A stretch of DNA of 47,376 nucleotides from a virus: positions 1 to 47,376 of IMG/VR virus record IMGVR_UViG_3300029577_000022, one strand, 5' to 3'. A program made the position numbers and the translations under genes. The number at the start of each line of letters is the position of its first letter. Position 1 is the first letter of the stretch. Shown piece after piece: positions 8,106-16,522 of this stretch. Below the pieces are notes generated by a model. That model saw only the letters and a program-made list of their open reading frames with translations. It searched no databases and was not told the origin of the DNA.

Positions 8106-9365
8106 ATGGATACAGCAAAAATATGTAAGAAATGTGGGAGAGAACTCCCAATAAATAAATTTGGAATAAACCATAATTATACAAGAAGTATGTGTAAAGA
8201 GTGTTTTAATGAAGGAATGCGAGAAAAGCGTTATCAACAAAGATTATCAGATGGCATAGAAATATATCATAAAGATAAGTCGATGAAGATACAGAGGAAA
8301 TATAAGAAACCATACCATTTTCAAATCTTGTATAGGTCGGAATCTGGTATTGATACTATTGCAAAAGATGAAGTGTTTGTGCGTTTATTTGACTATAAAT
8401 CTGTATGGACTTCTAATTATGGTAGGATAATTCAGAGATTGAATGATGGAACATACCAGCTTGTAAAAGGTGTATATTCAAGAGCCACAAAGGAATTGAC
8501 CTATACACTTGACAGGAATATTTATTTCAAATCTAAGAACAGATGGGGATATAGGAAAGAGAAGGTAACTGCCAGTGATCTTGTAATTCAGATGTTCGTT
8601 GTCAATTATGACATGAAAAATAATACAATGGTTTGGCATAAGAAGAATGATACAAAGGATAATTACTATAAGCATTTATTCCCAGTCACAGATAAACAAT
8701 ACAATGAGATTTTAAGCATATATGAACAGGACGGAACAATCACAGATAAGCAGATTATGGAGATTGTGAATGCGGTAGAGTTTAAACCCGATGATTGGAA
8801 ACCTTGGCATAATAAAAGAACTTATGAAGGTGTCGGTTATGTCGGTGCTGATACTTCAGATATTGATTATGAATCATACTCATTTGTAAAGTGGAAGAAT
8901 ATGATCCAGAGGTGCTATAGCGATGTTGTACATAAATTAAAACCTTATTACATGGATAAGGAAGTTTGTATTGAATGGCAGAACTACCAGAATTTCAAGA
9001 TATGGTTTGACGCACATTATATTCCTGGGACTAAGGTCGATTTAGACAAAGATTTACTCTATAAGGAAGGTAATATCTACAGTCCAGAAACGTGTGCATT
9101 TATGACGCATTTCTTGAATACAGTATTTGAGGATAGAGGAATTGAGAGCAACATCAAACAGAATGATGATGGTACATATTCAGTATCAATGATAGTTCTT
9201 AATAAGAAGATGGATATAGGTGTATTCGATTCAGAGGAAGAAGCGCATACTGGATTTATAGATGGCAAGATTGATTATATTTGTGACCTTGCAGAAAAGT
9301 GTAAGGACAAAGTACCAGATTATGTGTATGAAGGTATGCTGAATTATAAGATTGAAATTGACTAA
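8106..9365 (+). CDS. Homing-endonuclease-like protein: zinc ribbon + NUMOD4-like + HNH_3-like + AP2-like DNA-binding domain
   Basis: The motifs seen are CKKCGRELP...CKECF, WTSNYGRIIQ, VWHKKNDTKDNYYKHL and a C-terminal YSVSMIVLNKKMDIGVFDSEEEAHTGF. Confidence 0.6.
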   Translation: MDTAKICKKCGRELPINKFGINHNYTRSMCKECFNEGMREKRYQQRLSDGIEIYHKDKSMKIQRKYKKPYHFQILYRSESGIDTIAKDEVFVRLFDYKSVWTSNYGRIIQRLNDGTYQLVKGVYSRATKELTYTLDRNIYFKSKNRWGYRKEKVTASDLVIQMFVVNYDMKNNTMVWHKKNDTKDNYYKHLFPVTDKQYNEILSIYEQDGTITDKQIMEIVNAVEFKPDDWKPWHNKRTYEGVGYVGADTSDIDYESYSFVKWKNMIQRCYSDVVHKLKPYYMDKEVCIEWQNYQNFKIWFDAHYIPGTKVDLDKDLLYKEGNIYSPETCAFMTHFLNTVFEDRGIESNIKQNDDGTYSVSMIVLNKKMDIGVFDSEEEAHTGFIDGKIDYICDLAEKCKDKVPDYVYEGMLNYKIEID

Positions 9366-9431
9366 TAATCGGAGGTGGCAGATTTAACCCTGCTGCCTCT
9401 TTGCAGTTTATAAAGGAGAAAAAAAGGAATT

Positions 9432-9950
9432 ATGGCTTATATAAAGGTCAAAGATAGAAGAAGATTTGAACGAAAAGAGTTCAGAGATTACATAAAGTTA
9501 TCAGATGATAAAGTGCTTGACACAAAAAAGAATAATATAGATTTACTTGGTGATGATGAAATATTTGTACAGTTGGAAGATACACAGCATTATTGGATTT
9601 CAAGTCATGGCAGACTTACAAACAATATGAGGAAAGATAAAACATTCTTCTTTCATAAAATGGATAGCGGTGATCCCAAAAGAAGTGTGCATTGGACGAT
9701 TGTAACCTATGATATTGACGGAACTGCTTTACATGAAGAGACAAGTCCAGAAATTCTTGTAGCAAAGTATTTCTTAATCAAGCCGACAGGATGCAATAAG
9801 ATATGGCATATAGACGAAAATATGAATAATAATTACTACAAGAATCTGATTTATGTATCTGCGGAAGAGTATGAGGTGTTGAGAAAGCACGTTAAAACAG
9901 TTGCAGAGATATTGGCAGAGAGCAGGAATATTATGATTACAATACGATAA
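9432..9950 (+). CDS. NUMOD4/HNH_3-like protein. It looks like the N-terminal half of a split paralog of 8106..9365.
   Basis: WISSHGRLTNN and IWHIDENMNNNYYKNL are present. See the finding on the frameshift. Confidence 0.55.
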   Translation: MAYIKVKDRRRFERKEFRDYIKLSDDKVLDTKKNNIDLLGDDEIFVQLEDTQHYWISSHGRLTNNMRKDKTFFFHKMDSGDPKRSVHWTIVTYDIDGTALHEETSPEILVAKYFLIKPTGCNKIWHIDENMNNNYYKNLIYVSAEEYEVLRKHVKTVAEILAESRNIMITIR

Positions 9951-10012
9951 AGGGCAATCCAGCTTATAAAATTTATGAGGGGATTTATGCAAGATGTTAT
10001 GGCGGTAGTTCG

Positions 10013-10513
10013 TTGTATGTGAATCAATGCTACGATGATGCTTATATGTGTGACGAGTGGAAGAATAGCAGAGATTCTTTTGCTGAATGGTACTCTGCTA
10101 ACTATTATGAATGTGACGGAGAACGCATGGCAGTTGATAAGGATTTATTATGTCGTGGCAATAAAGAATATGCAGCAGATAAGTGTTGTATATTGCCGGA
10201 GACTATCAATTCTGCCTTGGCAAGTGCTACAAAGAGAAGAAGTCGTTATAAATCAGCAAAGGTTTATGCTATCGGTGTTGATTATGACAAAGCAAGGGAT
10301 AAGTTCTTTGCAAGGATCACACCATTCGGGCATGACAAACAAGTTAAGCTGCATTATTGGGACACAGAGGAAGAAGCGTTTCAAGAATATAAGTTATTCA
10401 AGGAATCGGAGATTAGGGTATTGGCATTGAGATACAGAGATAAGATACCAGACAGACTGTTTGATGCATTGATTAAATATGAGGTGCGTCCTTATAGTCC
10501 GTATGAGAGTTAA
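10013..10513 (+). CDS. AP2-like DNA-binding protein. It looks like the C-terminal half of the split paralog, and its frame is open from 9896.
   Basis: CDEWKNSRDSFAEWY and AIGVDYDKARDKFFARITPFGHDKQVKLHYWDTEEEAFQEY parallel the C-terminus of 8106..9365. The upstream in-frame codons read PAYKIYEGIYARCY. Confidence 0.55.
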   Translation: MYVNQCYDDAYMCDEWKNSRDSFAEWYSANYYECDGERMAVDKDLLCRGNKEYAADKCCILPETINSALASATKRRSRYKSAKVYAIGVDYDKARDKFFARITPFGHDKQVKLHYWDTEEEAFQEYKLFKESEIRVLALRYRDKIPDRLFDALIKYEVRPYSPYES

Positions 10514-10517
10514 GATT

Positions 10518-10562
10518 AGGGCATATTGGATATTAGTTTATCTGATATGCCTTATTTTTTAC
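10518..10562 (+). terminator. Rho-independent terminator
   Basis: Stem ggcatat/atatgcc followed by ttatttttt. Confidence 0.55.
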
Positions 10563-10579
10563 CTTTTTTGTATGATGTA

Positions 10580-10588
10580 TGGTATAAT
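10580..10588 (+). promoter_or_regulatory. Extended -10 promoter element TGgTATAAT
   Basis: The sequence tatggtataat lies about 90 nt upstream of the 10676 start. Confidence 0.5.
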
Positions 10589-10675
10589 TACACAATAAAG
10601 GGAATTTGGTTTTTGTGTGTGGTTTTATACTTGGAATAATTGGATTGCTGTAGAGAAAAAGGAGTAGTTGCATAT

Positions 10676-11353
10676 ATGGCTAAGAATTGTTTGTGTTGTG
10701 GTAAAAATATTGGATTACTTACAGTACGCATTCCTTTATTAGAAAATGAAGAGTTGGTTATATGCTCTGATTGCTTTGAAAAAATGCCTTCAGTGCTTAA
10801 CGATTTATACCAGAAGAGAATACATCCGACAAAATCAGAACTGCTTACAATAAAAGAAGAAATAATTGAGCAGCTTAATTTAGGATGTTATAACAAAGAT
10901 GTAATCAATGTGGTTACAAAGTATTTAGATAATAAAATTTCAAAAGCAAAAGATCCAGAGGTTAGTGAAGATGGTGCAATATTAAAGAAATGCCCAATAT
11001 GCAACAAGAATGTGAATTATGATGTAGAAGTGTGTTCGGGTTGTGGTTATTCTTTTTCATCTGGGTATGAGTTTGTAAATAATGAGATTGCCAATATATA
11101 CAATCAGAGAATGGAACAATATAAAAGGAATCCATTTTATGAATATGATTATATTGTTGTCCATAATAAATCAGATGGATCTACAGATAAAGAGAAGATA
11201 GAAAAAATCATCCGTAATCATGCAATGCAAGGATGGAGATTGATTACTATGTATTCAAATGAGATTGGTAAAAATGCAATAGCCGGTGTAAATGCAACTA
11301 TGTGTGAAGATATTATGGTCTTTGAAAGATGTATAAAAGGTGAAAATGTATGA
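10676..11353 (+). CDS. Zinc-ribbon protein with a DUF4177-like C-terminus
   Basis: CLCCGK...CSDCF and CPICNK...CSGCG are present. The C-terminus reads YEYDYIVVHNK...MQGWRLITMYSNE. The ATG follows AAAAGGAG. Confidence 0.55.
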   Translation: MAKNCLCCGKNIGLLTVRIPLLENEELVICSDCFEKMPSVLNDLYQKRIHPTKSELLTIKEEIIEQLNLGCYNKDVINVVTKYLDNKISKAKDPEVSEDGAILKKCPICNKNVNYDVEVCSGCGYSFSSGYEFVNNEIANIYNQRMEQYKRNPFYEYDYIVVHNKSDGSTDKEKIEKIIRNHAMQGWRLITMYSNEIGKNAIAGVNATMCEDIMVFERCIKGENV

Positions 11354-11799
11354 GTAAATATTGTCCCAAGTGCAAGATGAATTTCTCCGATGAATTTGAT
11401 GAATGCATATATTGTGGAGAAGATTTAAAAGATGGGATTATTGAAACAGAAGATACAGTGTCAGAAAAATCAATTAGTAAGCTATCTGATGCTGAAATAC
11501 TAGAAAAATACTCTGATTATAGAAAAAGAATTGAGAAACAAACTGGTAGACAAATGACGGATTTTGAATTTTTGTCTGGTATCATGGAAGCTAGAAGAGA
11601 TAGTTTAAATCATCAAGCAGAAACATATTTTGCAAGCAACAAAGAAGCAAATGTTAGTAAACCGAAATGCTCTACATGCCAAAGCGAAAATATTCAAAAA
11701 ATTTCTACTATGACAAAAGCAGGGAGTGTAGCATTATGGGGAATATTTTCGCAAAAGATTAAGAAGCAATGGCATTGCAATTCGTGTGGAAGTGAATAG
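11350..11799 (+). CDS. Zinc-ribbon protein
   Basis: CPKCKM...CIYCG and CSTCQS...CNSCG are present. It overlaps the upstream gene by 4 nt (ATGA). Confidence 0.55.
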   Translation: MSKYCPKCKMNFSDEFDECIYCGEDLKDGIIETEDTVSEKSISKLSDAEILEKYSDYRKRIEKQTGRQMTDFEFLSGIMEARRDSLNHQAETYFASNKEANVSKPKCSTCQSENIQKISTMTKAGSVALWGIFSQKIKKQWHCNSCGSE

Positions 11800-11817
11800 T
11801 AGAGGAGGTGTCAGTGA

Positions 11818-12195
11818 ATGAAAAATAAAAAGGCAATCATTATATCATTTTTTGTGATGACCTTAATCTTATTTCTATGTATTTTGATTATGGTAATATC
11901 CAATAAAAATGCTAAGTTCCAGAGTAAAGATGAAATGTCAGAAGTGATAAATGGTATATGGAGAACGGGTGCTTCTGAATATGATTTTGTTTTCACCATT
12001 GATAACGACAGTGCATATTTGAGCAATGGAGATAAAGTCGATGATCCATCTAAAATAGTGTTAGTTCCAGAAAAGGGATATTTTTATTATGAATATAAAG
12101 GTGATACGAAGAAGTCCAGATATAATGTTGTTTACGAGGATGGAGAGTATTTGATTAAGGATAAATATTGGACGTTTAAGAAAACGGAAGAGTAA
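11818..12195 (+). CDS. Membrane-anchored or secreted small protein
   Basis: N-terminal hydrophobic segment AIIISFFVMTLILFLCILIMVI. GGAGG ribosome-binding site. Confidence 0.6.
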   Translation: MKNKKAIIISFFVMTLILFLCILIMVISNKNAKFQSKDEMSEVINGIWRTGASEYDFVFTIDNDSAYLSNGDKVDDPSKIVLVPEKGYFYYEYKGDTKKSRYNVVYEDGEYLIKDKYWTFKKTEE

Positions 12196-12920
12196 TTTTA
12201 TTGGTACGTCTGCTGCTGTTAGGTACTTAATAGGACATGGTTTAAGAGTACCCCTCTCCCTGTTATATGTTATTATCCTTTGCAAAAATAAGTGATTTTG
12301 AGGGTAAATTGGCTTTGTAATTGCGTAGCTGATAAAGTTTACCTATGATGTATTTTGAAGCGGATTTGAGTTGATTTTTATTGATTTATTCAAAGGATAT
12401 GGGGTAAGTTCTCCGTGGGGACTAGGGAAGAATGAATCGGAATTTCAGATTCCGAAAAAGCGGTAATCCACAGTGGTACAGCGAAATTTTTCGCTCGTTA
12501 TCTGAAACAGATAGTGTCGGTTTAGAGGTGTTGCATATTTGCAATAGTTGAAGGGAACTAAATTTCGTTCCCCCATGAGATACCGCCAGAAGTGGTGAAA
12601 ACTTTAAATGAAGCTTGTGTCCAAATGGACGCATCTTGAAGAATAAAAATTTTTCGCATACAAGTGTGCGAAAAATTTTATCTTTTAAGTGGAACTGTTT
12701 CACTTAGGGGGATTTTCCCTTTAGGTGAGAATAGAAAATCAGATTTCCAGAATGAGAATGTGAAAATATCGTAGAGGTAAAATTTTCAAGTCACTGTATG
12801 GAATAACCAACTACAAGGCGGTGGAGAAAAACAATTCCCTTTTTTGGTTTTTGATACCCCGGACTATGCAATCCCTACCAAACTAGTAGGACATAAGAAC
12901 ATTAAAAAATATCAATAGAG
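12196..12920. ncRNA. Candidate large structured RNA region. Class and strand are unknown.
   Basis: About 740 bp between convergent genes has no credible ORF. It holds at least 7 compact hairpins, including cggaat..attccg, gcgaaa..ttcgc, tatctg..cagata, ttgca..tgcaa, gggaac..gttccc and gtgtcc..ggacgc. Possible long-range pairing gcggta/taccgc. The region looks more GC-rich than its flanks. Confidence 0.35.
12641..12686. terminator. Bidirectional intrinsic terminator (13-bp stem) inside the ORF-free region
   Basis: aaaatttttcgca / tgcgaaaaatttt with an 8-nt loop. There are T-rich tracts on both sides when each strand is read. Confidence 0.6.
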
Positions 12921-12960
12921 CATATAAAAAAATATGGTGTAACTTTATCGGTTACACCAT
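12921..12960 (-). terminator. Rho-independent terminator for the minus-strand gene 12989..13297
   Basis: Stem atggtgtaac/gttacaccat. On the minus strand it is followed by attttttta. Confidence 0.7.
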
Positions 12961-12988
12961 TGTATTATAATTATATTATGTTATTGCT

Positions 12989-13297
12989 TTATTCTTCTAA
13001 ATCTGTCAAGTGTGGCAAGTCTGAAATAATATCATTGTAACTTTTTCCGTTTGGATTGTCTAACTGTTTTCCTATGTCTCCTAGTTCAAAACAAATATAA
13101 TCATATTTATCATAGTACCAACCGCACACATCATCAAGCGGTATACAATTATCAAGTGATATATAATTTTGTGGGATAACTTCAATCTCTTTTATAACTG
13201 TTTCTGTTTTGGCTTGTGTAGTTCCTACCATGTAAGAGCATACCGACATAGTAACCATAATTGCGATAATTCCGATTTTTTTTATTGATTTCTTCAT
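12989..13297 (-). CDS. Small secreted protein or lipoprotein candidate
   Basis: Signal-peptide-like MKKSIKKIGIIAIMVTMSVCSYMVG. AAAGGAG ribosome-binding site. Confidence 0.65.
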   Translation of the reverse strand: MKKSIKKIGIIAIMVTMSVCSYMVGTTQAKTETVIKEIEVIPQNYISLDNCIPLDDVCGWYYDKYDYICFELGDIGKQLDNPNGKSYNDIISDLPHLTDLEE

Positions 13298-13325
13298 ATT
13301 GTTTTTATCTCCTTTTCTATGTATC

Positions 13326-13362
13326 GGGTGCAGGCTTGTAAGTCATGCACCCTTATTTTTTT
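13326..13362 (+). terminator. Plus-strand-oriented intrinsic terminator between two minus-strand genes
   Basis: Stem gggtgca/tgcaccc is followed by ttattttttt on the + strand only. Confidence 0.45.
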
Positions 13363-13873
13363 ACGCTTCTTTCAGTCTCTTTGTTGCTTCTGTCTGTACT
13401 TCTGTACTTCCGTAATAGTTCCGTATATCATCCATAGATAATTTTTTCTTGCTTCTCTTTCTGAATGCTTCTGTATGAAAATACCACTTCTTTTTCTCTC
13501 TTGCCCATTTAAACCCTAGAGCCTTTAAGCTGTCTTTGTGTTCGTATGTGTTACCATCAACCCATATCCAACAACCGACTATTTCAATATTGATATTTTC
13601 CATTGTAACAATATGCTGTAATACTTCCCTTAATTTTTCATCTTCTGAAAAATCATACTTCATATTATTATAATCTGTTTTGTTGTCGGTGGTGTCGCTT
13701 GCGTTGTGTTCGTGTCTGTCTTTTAATGTTTTGAATAATGTATCATATTCTACATTTATTTCTTTTGTGGCTTCCGTTGATCCGTTTGGGTTGTCTGGGT
13801 GGTACTTCTTTAATAGCTCTTTGTACTGTTTTCTTAATTCTTCTAATGTTTCTACATTCTTAAAATATTTCAT
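13361..13873 (-). CDS. J-domain (DnaJ-like) protein
   Basis: LRKQYKELLKKYHPDNPNGS contains the HPD motif. Strong AAAGGAGG ribosome-binding site. Confidence 0.8.
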   Translation of the reverse strand: MKYFKNVETLEELRKQYKELLKKYHPDNPNGSTEATKEINVEYDTLFKTLKDRHEHNASDTTDNKTDYNNMKYDFSEDEKLREVLQHIVTMENINIEIVGCWIWVDGNTYEHKDSLKALGFKWAREKKKWYFHTEAFRKRSKKKLSMDDIRNYYGSTEVQTEATKRLKEA

Positions 13874-13920
13874 ATAGAAAACCTCCTTTAAAAAATTGAT
13901 AATGTTTTGTTGTTGTCTTG

Positions 13921-13950
13921 ATTATAATATGGGTACATATAAAAAGTCAA
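13921..13950 (-). promoter_or_regulatory. Sigma-A-like promoter for the J-domain gene (TTGACT-N18-TATAAT on the minus strand), with an operator inside the spacer
   Basis: The minus strand reads ttgact ttttatatgtacccatat tataat. Confidence 0.55.
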
Positions 13951-14047
13951 TAAATATGTACCCATAAAAATATACAAAAATATGTACCCATATTTGTGCA
14001 ATTTGTATATTGATATGTACCCATATTAGTGATAATATGTACCCATA
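13928..14047. repeat. Operator array: TATGTACCCATA at 13955, 13981, 14014 and 14036, plus an inverted copy at 13928
   Basis: Five exact 12-mers lie within 120 bp of a divergent intergenic region. Confidence 0.85.
14010..14038 (+). promoter_or_regulatory. Sigma-A-like promoter TTGATA-N17-TAATAT overlapped by operator copies 3 and 4
   Basis: The hexamers were read directly. The promoter lies about 60 nt upstream of the 14096 start. Confidence 0.5.
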
Positions 14048-14095
14048 CCGATGAGGTACACAACAAAACAATATCATTTTAAGGAGGTAGTCATT

Positions 14096-14413
14096 ATGTG
14101 TATGACAGTTAAAGAAATGAATGAAGCAATGAAGCAGATTCAAGAGTGGAAAAGAATCAAAGAAGAAGCAGAGGACAACATCACAACTTTAAATTTAAAG
14201 GTTATGGAGTTTCTTAATGAAACAGAAGAATGTGAAGCAGTTGATGACAAGGGCAAGCCAATCCGTAGATTTATCGGTAACATTTTCAAAGCTACTCTTT
14301 CAAGTGTTGAGCGTGAAACAGTCAACAAAGATGAAGTAAAGAAATTACTTAGTAAAGATGATTATGCAAAGGTTAGTAAAGTTAGTAGGTATCAGTCTTT
14401 AAGAATCAACTAA
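14096..14413 (+). CDS. Hypothetical protein (105 aa)
   Basis: ATG lies 8 nt after AAGGAGG. It is the internal start of track ORF 14051..14413. Confidence 0.6.
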   Translation: MCMTVKEMNEAMKQIQEWKRIKEEAEDNITTLNLKVMEFLNETEECEAVDDKGKPIRRFIGNIFKATLSSVERETVNKDEVKKLLSKDDYAKVSKVSRYQSLRIN

Positions 14414-14482
14414 CAACAAGCAATCAGCAGGGCAAGGGTGGAAAAATCCACCCGATACCCTAAAGAATAGGAGTGATTGACA

Positions 14483-14650
14483 ATGAAAAAATATATAACC
14501 TATGAAGAGCCATTACAAGGAAGAATTTTCACAGAAAAACAGATGCACGAAGTTTATAGAGACTTAGCAGACAAAGCAGAATATCCCGATTTTGAGTGTT
14601 GGTTTACAGATATGTTGAGAAGTGGAGTATTTGAGGAGGTGCAAGCATGA
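14483..14650 (+). CDS. Small hypothetical protein (55 aa, below the track cutoff)
   Basis: The sequence reads MKKYITYEEPLQGRIFTEKQMHEVYRDLADKAEYPDFECWFTDMLRSGVFEEVQA. A GGAG lies upstream. Confidence 0.5.
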   Translation: MKKYITYEEPLQGRIFTEKQMHEVYRDLADKAEYPDFECWFTDMLRSGVFEEVQA

Positions 14651-14780
14651 AAACGTGGTACGAGGATAAGAAGAAAGCAGACAAATGAGCACAACGAGGC
14701 GAACGGTCAAGCCGTGGTATTCAATTACAACTTGCCTATCGGCAGTAATGCCACATTATAACAAGAAAGAAGGTGAGACA

Positions 14781-15359
14781 ATGACAAGTGCAGATTTAAC
14801 AGTATTAGAGCCATATTGTAAAGATAATATGCGACTGCTAAAAAAGTTATCAAAGTCAATCTTTTTGAGGCTTAACGAGCCATTGACAGAAGCAGACTAT
14901 GACGATTTTTACAGCATTGCAAATATGACATTGTGGCAGTGTTACAACTCTTATAGCACCGATAAAGGAGCAAGTTTTAATACTTTTCTTTGTGATTGCT
15001 TAAAGAAAAAATTTAAGACAGAGATAAGAGACAGACACAGAGAAAAACGAGTTATCAATCAGTTTACAACCTCATTAGATGCAACTAATGACAGCGAGGA
15101 AGAATGTAGCATACTGGATTTTATACCATCCGATTTTGACACATTTGAGGAAGTAACCAAAAACAACAACGAACAATTTCAAGACAAGGTACAACAGTAC
15201 ATTTCAAAACTTTCTAATCAGCAGGTAAATATATTAAACCTTTTGATTGATGGGTACACACCTAAAGACATACGGCAGATTTTAGAAATTTCATCAACTG
15301 AATATGCTGAAAATATGAAGATTATGAGAAGTTTTGAAAATGTAAAGATTTTATTTTAG
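14781..15359 (+). CDS. Sigma-70-family (ECF-like / conjugative-transposon type) RNA polymerase sigma factor
   Basis: Region-2-like DYDDFYSIANMTLWQCYNSY...FNTFLCDCLKKKFKTEIRDRHREKR and region-4 HTH LSNQQVNILNLLIDGYTPKDIRQILEIS. ATG 14781 follows GAAGGTGAG. Confidence 0.7.
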   Translation: MTSADLTVLEPYCKDNMRLLKKLSKSIFLRLNEPLTEADYDDFYSIANMTLWQCYNSYSTDKGASFNTFLCDCLKKKFKTEIRDRHREKRVINQFTTSLDATNDSEEECSILDFIPSDFDTFEEVTKNNNEQFQDKVQQYISKLSNQQVNILNLLIDGYTPKDIRQILEISSTEYAENMKIMRSFENVKILF

Positions 15360-15371
15360 GAGGTAATCACT

Positions 15372-16469
15372 ATGAAGAATATCAGAAAGCAGACATACAC
15401 ATTAGAGCAGTATTTAAAGGACATGAAGGCAGAAAAAATCAGAACAGACCAGGAATGTCAGAGATTATCAGGACAATGGAATCCAAACATGGTAAATGAA
15501 CTGATTGCATCGGTTCTGACAGATGATTATATCCCACCTATTATTTTAGGTGAGGAAACAACATCAAACGGAATCACAAGACAATGGATAATTGACGGAT
15601 TGCAGAGAAGTAGCACATTATCATTATTCAGATATGGAAACGCAAAAATAACAAAGAATCTTGATGAATATATGGTTACTTATCAGACAAAGGCAACCGA
15701 TGCAGATGGAAATATAAAGCGAGACAAGCAGGGCGAAATTGTATGGGAGAATGTAGATTTTGACATTCGTAACAAGACATACGAGCAGTTACCAGAAGAA
15801 TTGAAAGAGGTATTCAATGGCTATCAGTTAGAGGTTGTAATTCATCAGAATTGCGACACAACGCAAATTTCAAAATTGGTGCGCAAACTGAATAACTGCA
15901 AGCCGATGAATCAAGCCCAACGTGCTTTTACATATATTGATGCGTTTGCAAGGGAAATAAGAGAAATTGCAGACAACAGATTTTTCAAAGATATGTACTC
16001 TTGCAACAACAAAGACAGAATAAACGGAACTTTTGAAAGAGCCATCGGAGATATGGTTATCTTATCTGAATATCCTAATCAGTACAGAAAAGATACAAAG
16101 ATAGGATTCAAGTGGTTAAATGAAAATGCAACCATTCTTGATTTTGAAAATCTTGATGATTTACTCACAAGGTTAGTAGAATCAACGGAAATCACAAGCG
16201 AGATAAGGGAACTGTTCAATAGAAAGAGTGCATATATCTTTGTGGCAGCATTTAAGGCATTTACAAAGTTAGGAAGGGAAGATAAAGCGTTTGGAGAGTT
16301 CCTGCATTGGTTAATTGCAGAAGGTAAAAATACAGAAATCAATGGAAAGACATGGACTGAATTAGATATAGACCGTTCTACAAGGGATAGCAATGTAGTA
16401 CACGGAAAACTTGATTATCTTACAGCACTTATCAATCAGTATTTTACAGAGGTTAAGAAAGTAGCATAA
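15372..16469 (+). CDS. DUF262 / ParB-like nuclease-domain protein
   Basis: ECQRLSGQWNP...YIPPIILGE...WIIDGLQRSSTL matches the DGQQR-type motif. Confidence 0.7.
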   Translation: MKNIRKQTYTLEQYLKDMKAEKIRTDQECQRLSGQWNPNMVNELIASVLTDDYIPPIILGEETTSNGITRQWIIDGLQRSSTLSLFRYGNAKITKNLDEYMVTYQTKATDADGNIKRDKQGEIVWENVDFDIRNKTYEQLPEELKEVFNGYQLEVVIHQNCDTTQISKLVRKLNNCKPMNQAQRAFTYIDAFAREIREIADNRFFKDMYSCNNKDRINGTFERAIGDMVILSEYPNQYRKDTKIGFKWLNENATILDFENLDDLLTRLVESTEITSEIRELFNRKSAYIFVAAFKAFTKLGREDKAFGEFLHWLIAEGKNTEINGKTWTELDIDRSTRDSNVVHGKLDYLTALINQYFTEVKKVA

Positions 16470-16522
16470 GGTAAAAGGGGAGGGCAAACCTCCCCGATAT
16501 AAGAGAAATTGAGGTAAAGCAT

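Noticed and set aside
12465-12500. T-box riboswitch-like sequence cacaGTGGTACaGCGaaatttttcgc
   Set aside because: It resembles the GGUGGUACCGCG T-box core. However, there is no downstream gene on that strand, no adjacent terminator/antiterminator arrangement, and no recognisable specifier-loop or AGAGA elements.
12422-12703. Minus-strand ORF of 93 aa in the ORF-free island
   Set aside because: It has a GTG start with no ribosome-binding site and reads straight through a 13-bp terminator stem and several perfect hairpins. Its composition looks non-protein-like.
12955-12990. dif/Xer-like site (ttatattatgtta)
   Set aside because: Only the right half-site resembles Firmicute dif and the left arm does not match. 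The stretch is generic AT-rich sequence overlapping a terminator and the 3' end of a gene.
14621-14632. AAGTGGAGTATTT as an eighth promoter-like site upstream of the sigma gene
   Set aside because: It matches 10 of 12 positions of the 12-mer. However, it lies inside the small ORF 14483..14650, and the upstream hexamer at N12 (ACAGAT) does not fit the A-rich box. It is kept only as a weak candidate.
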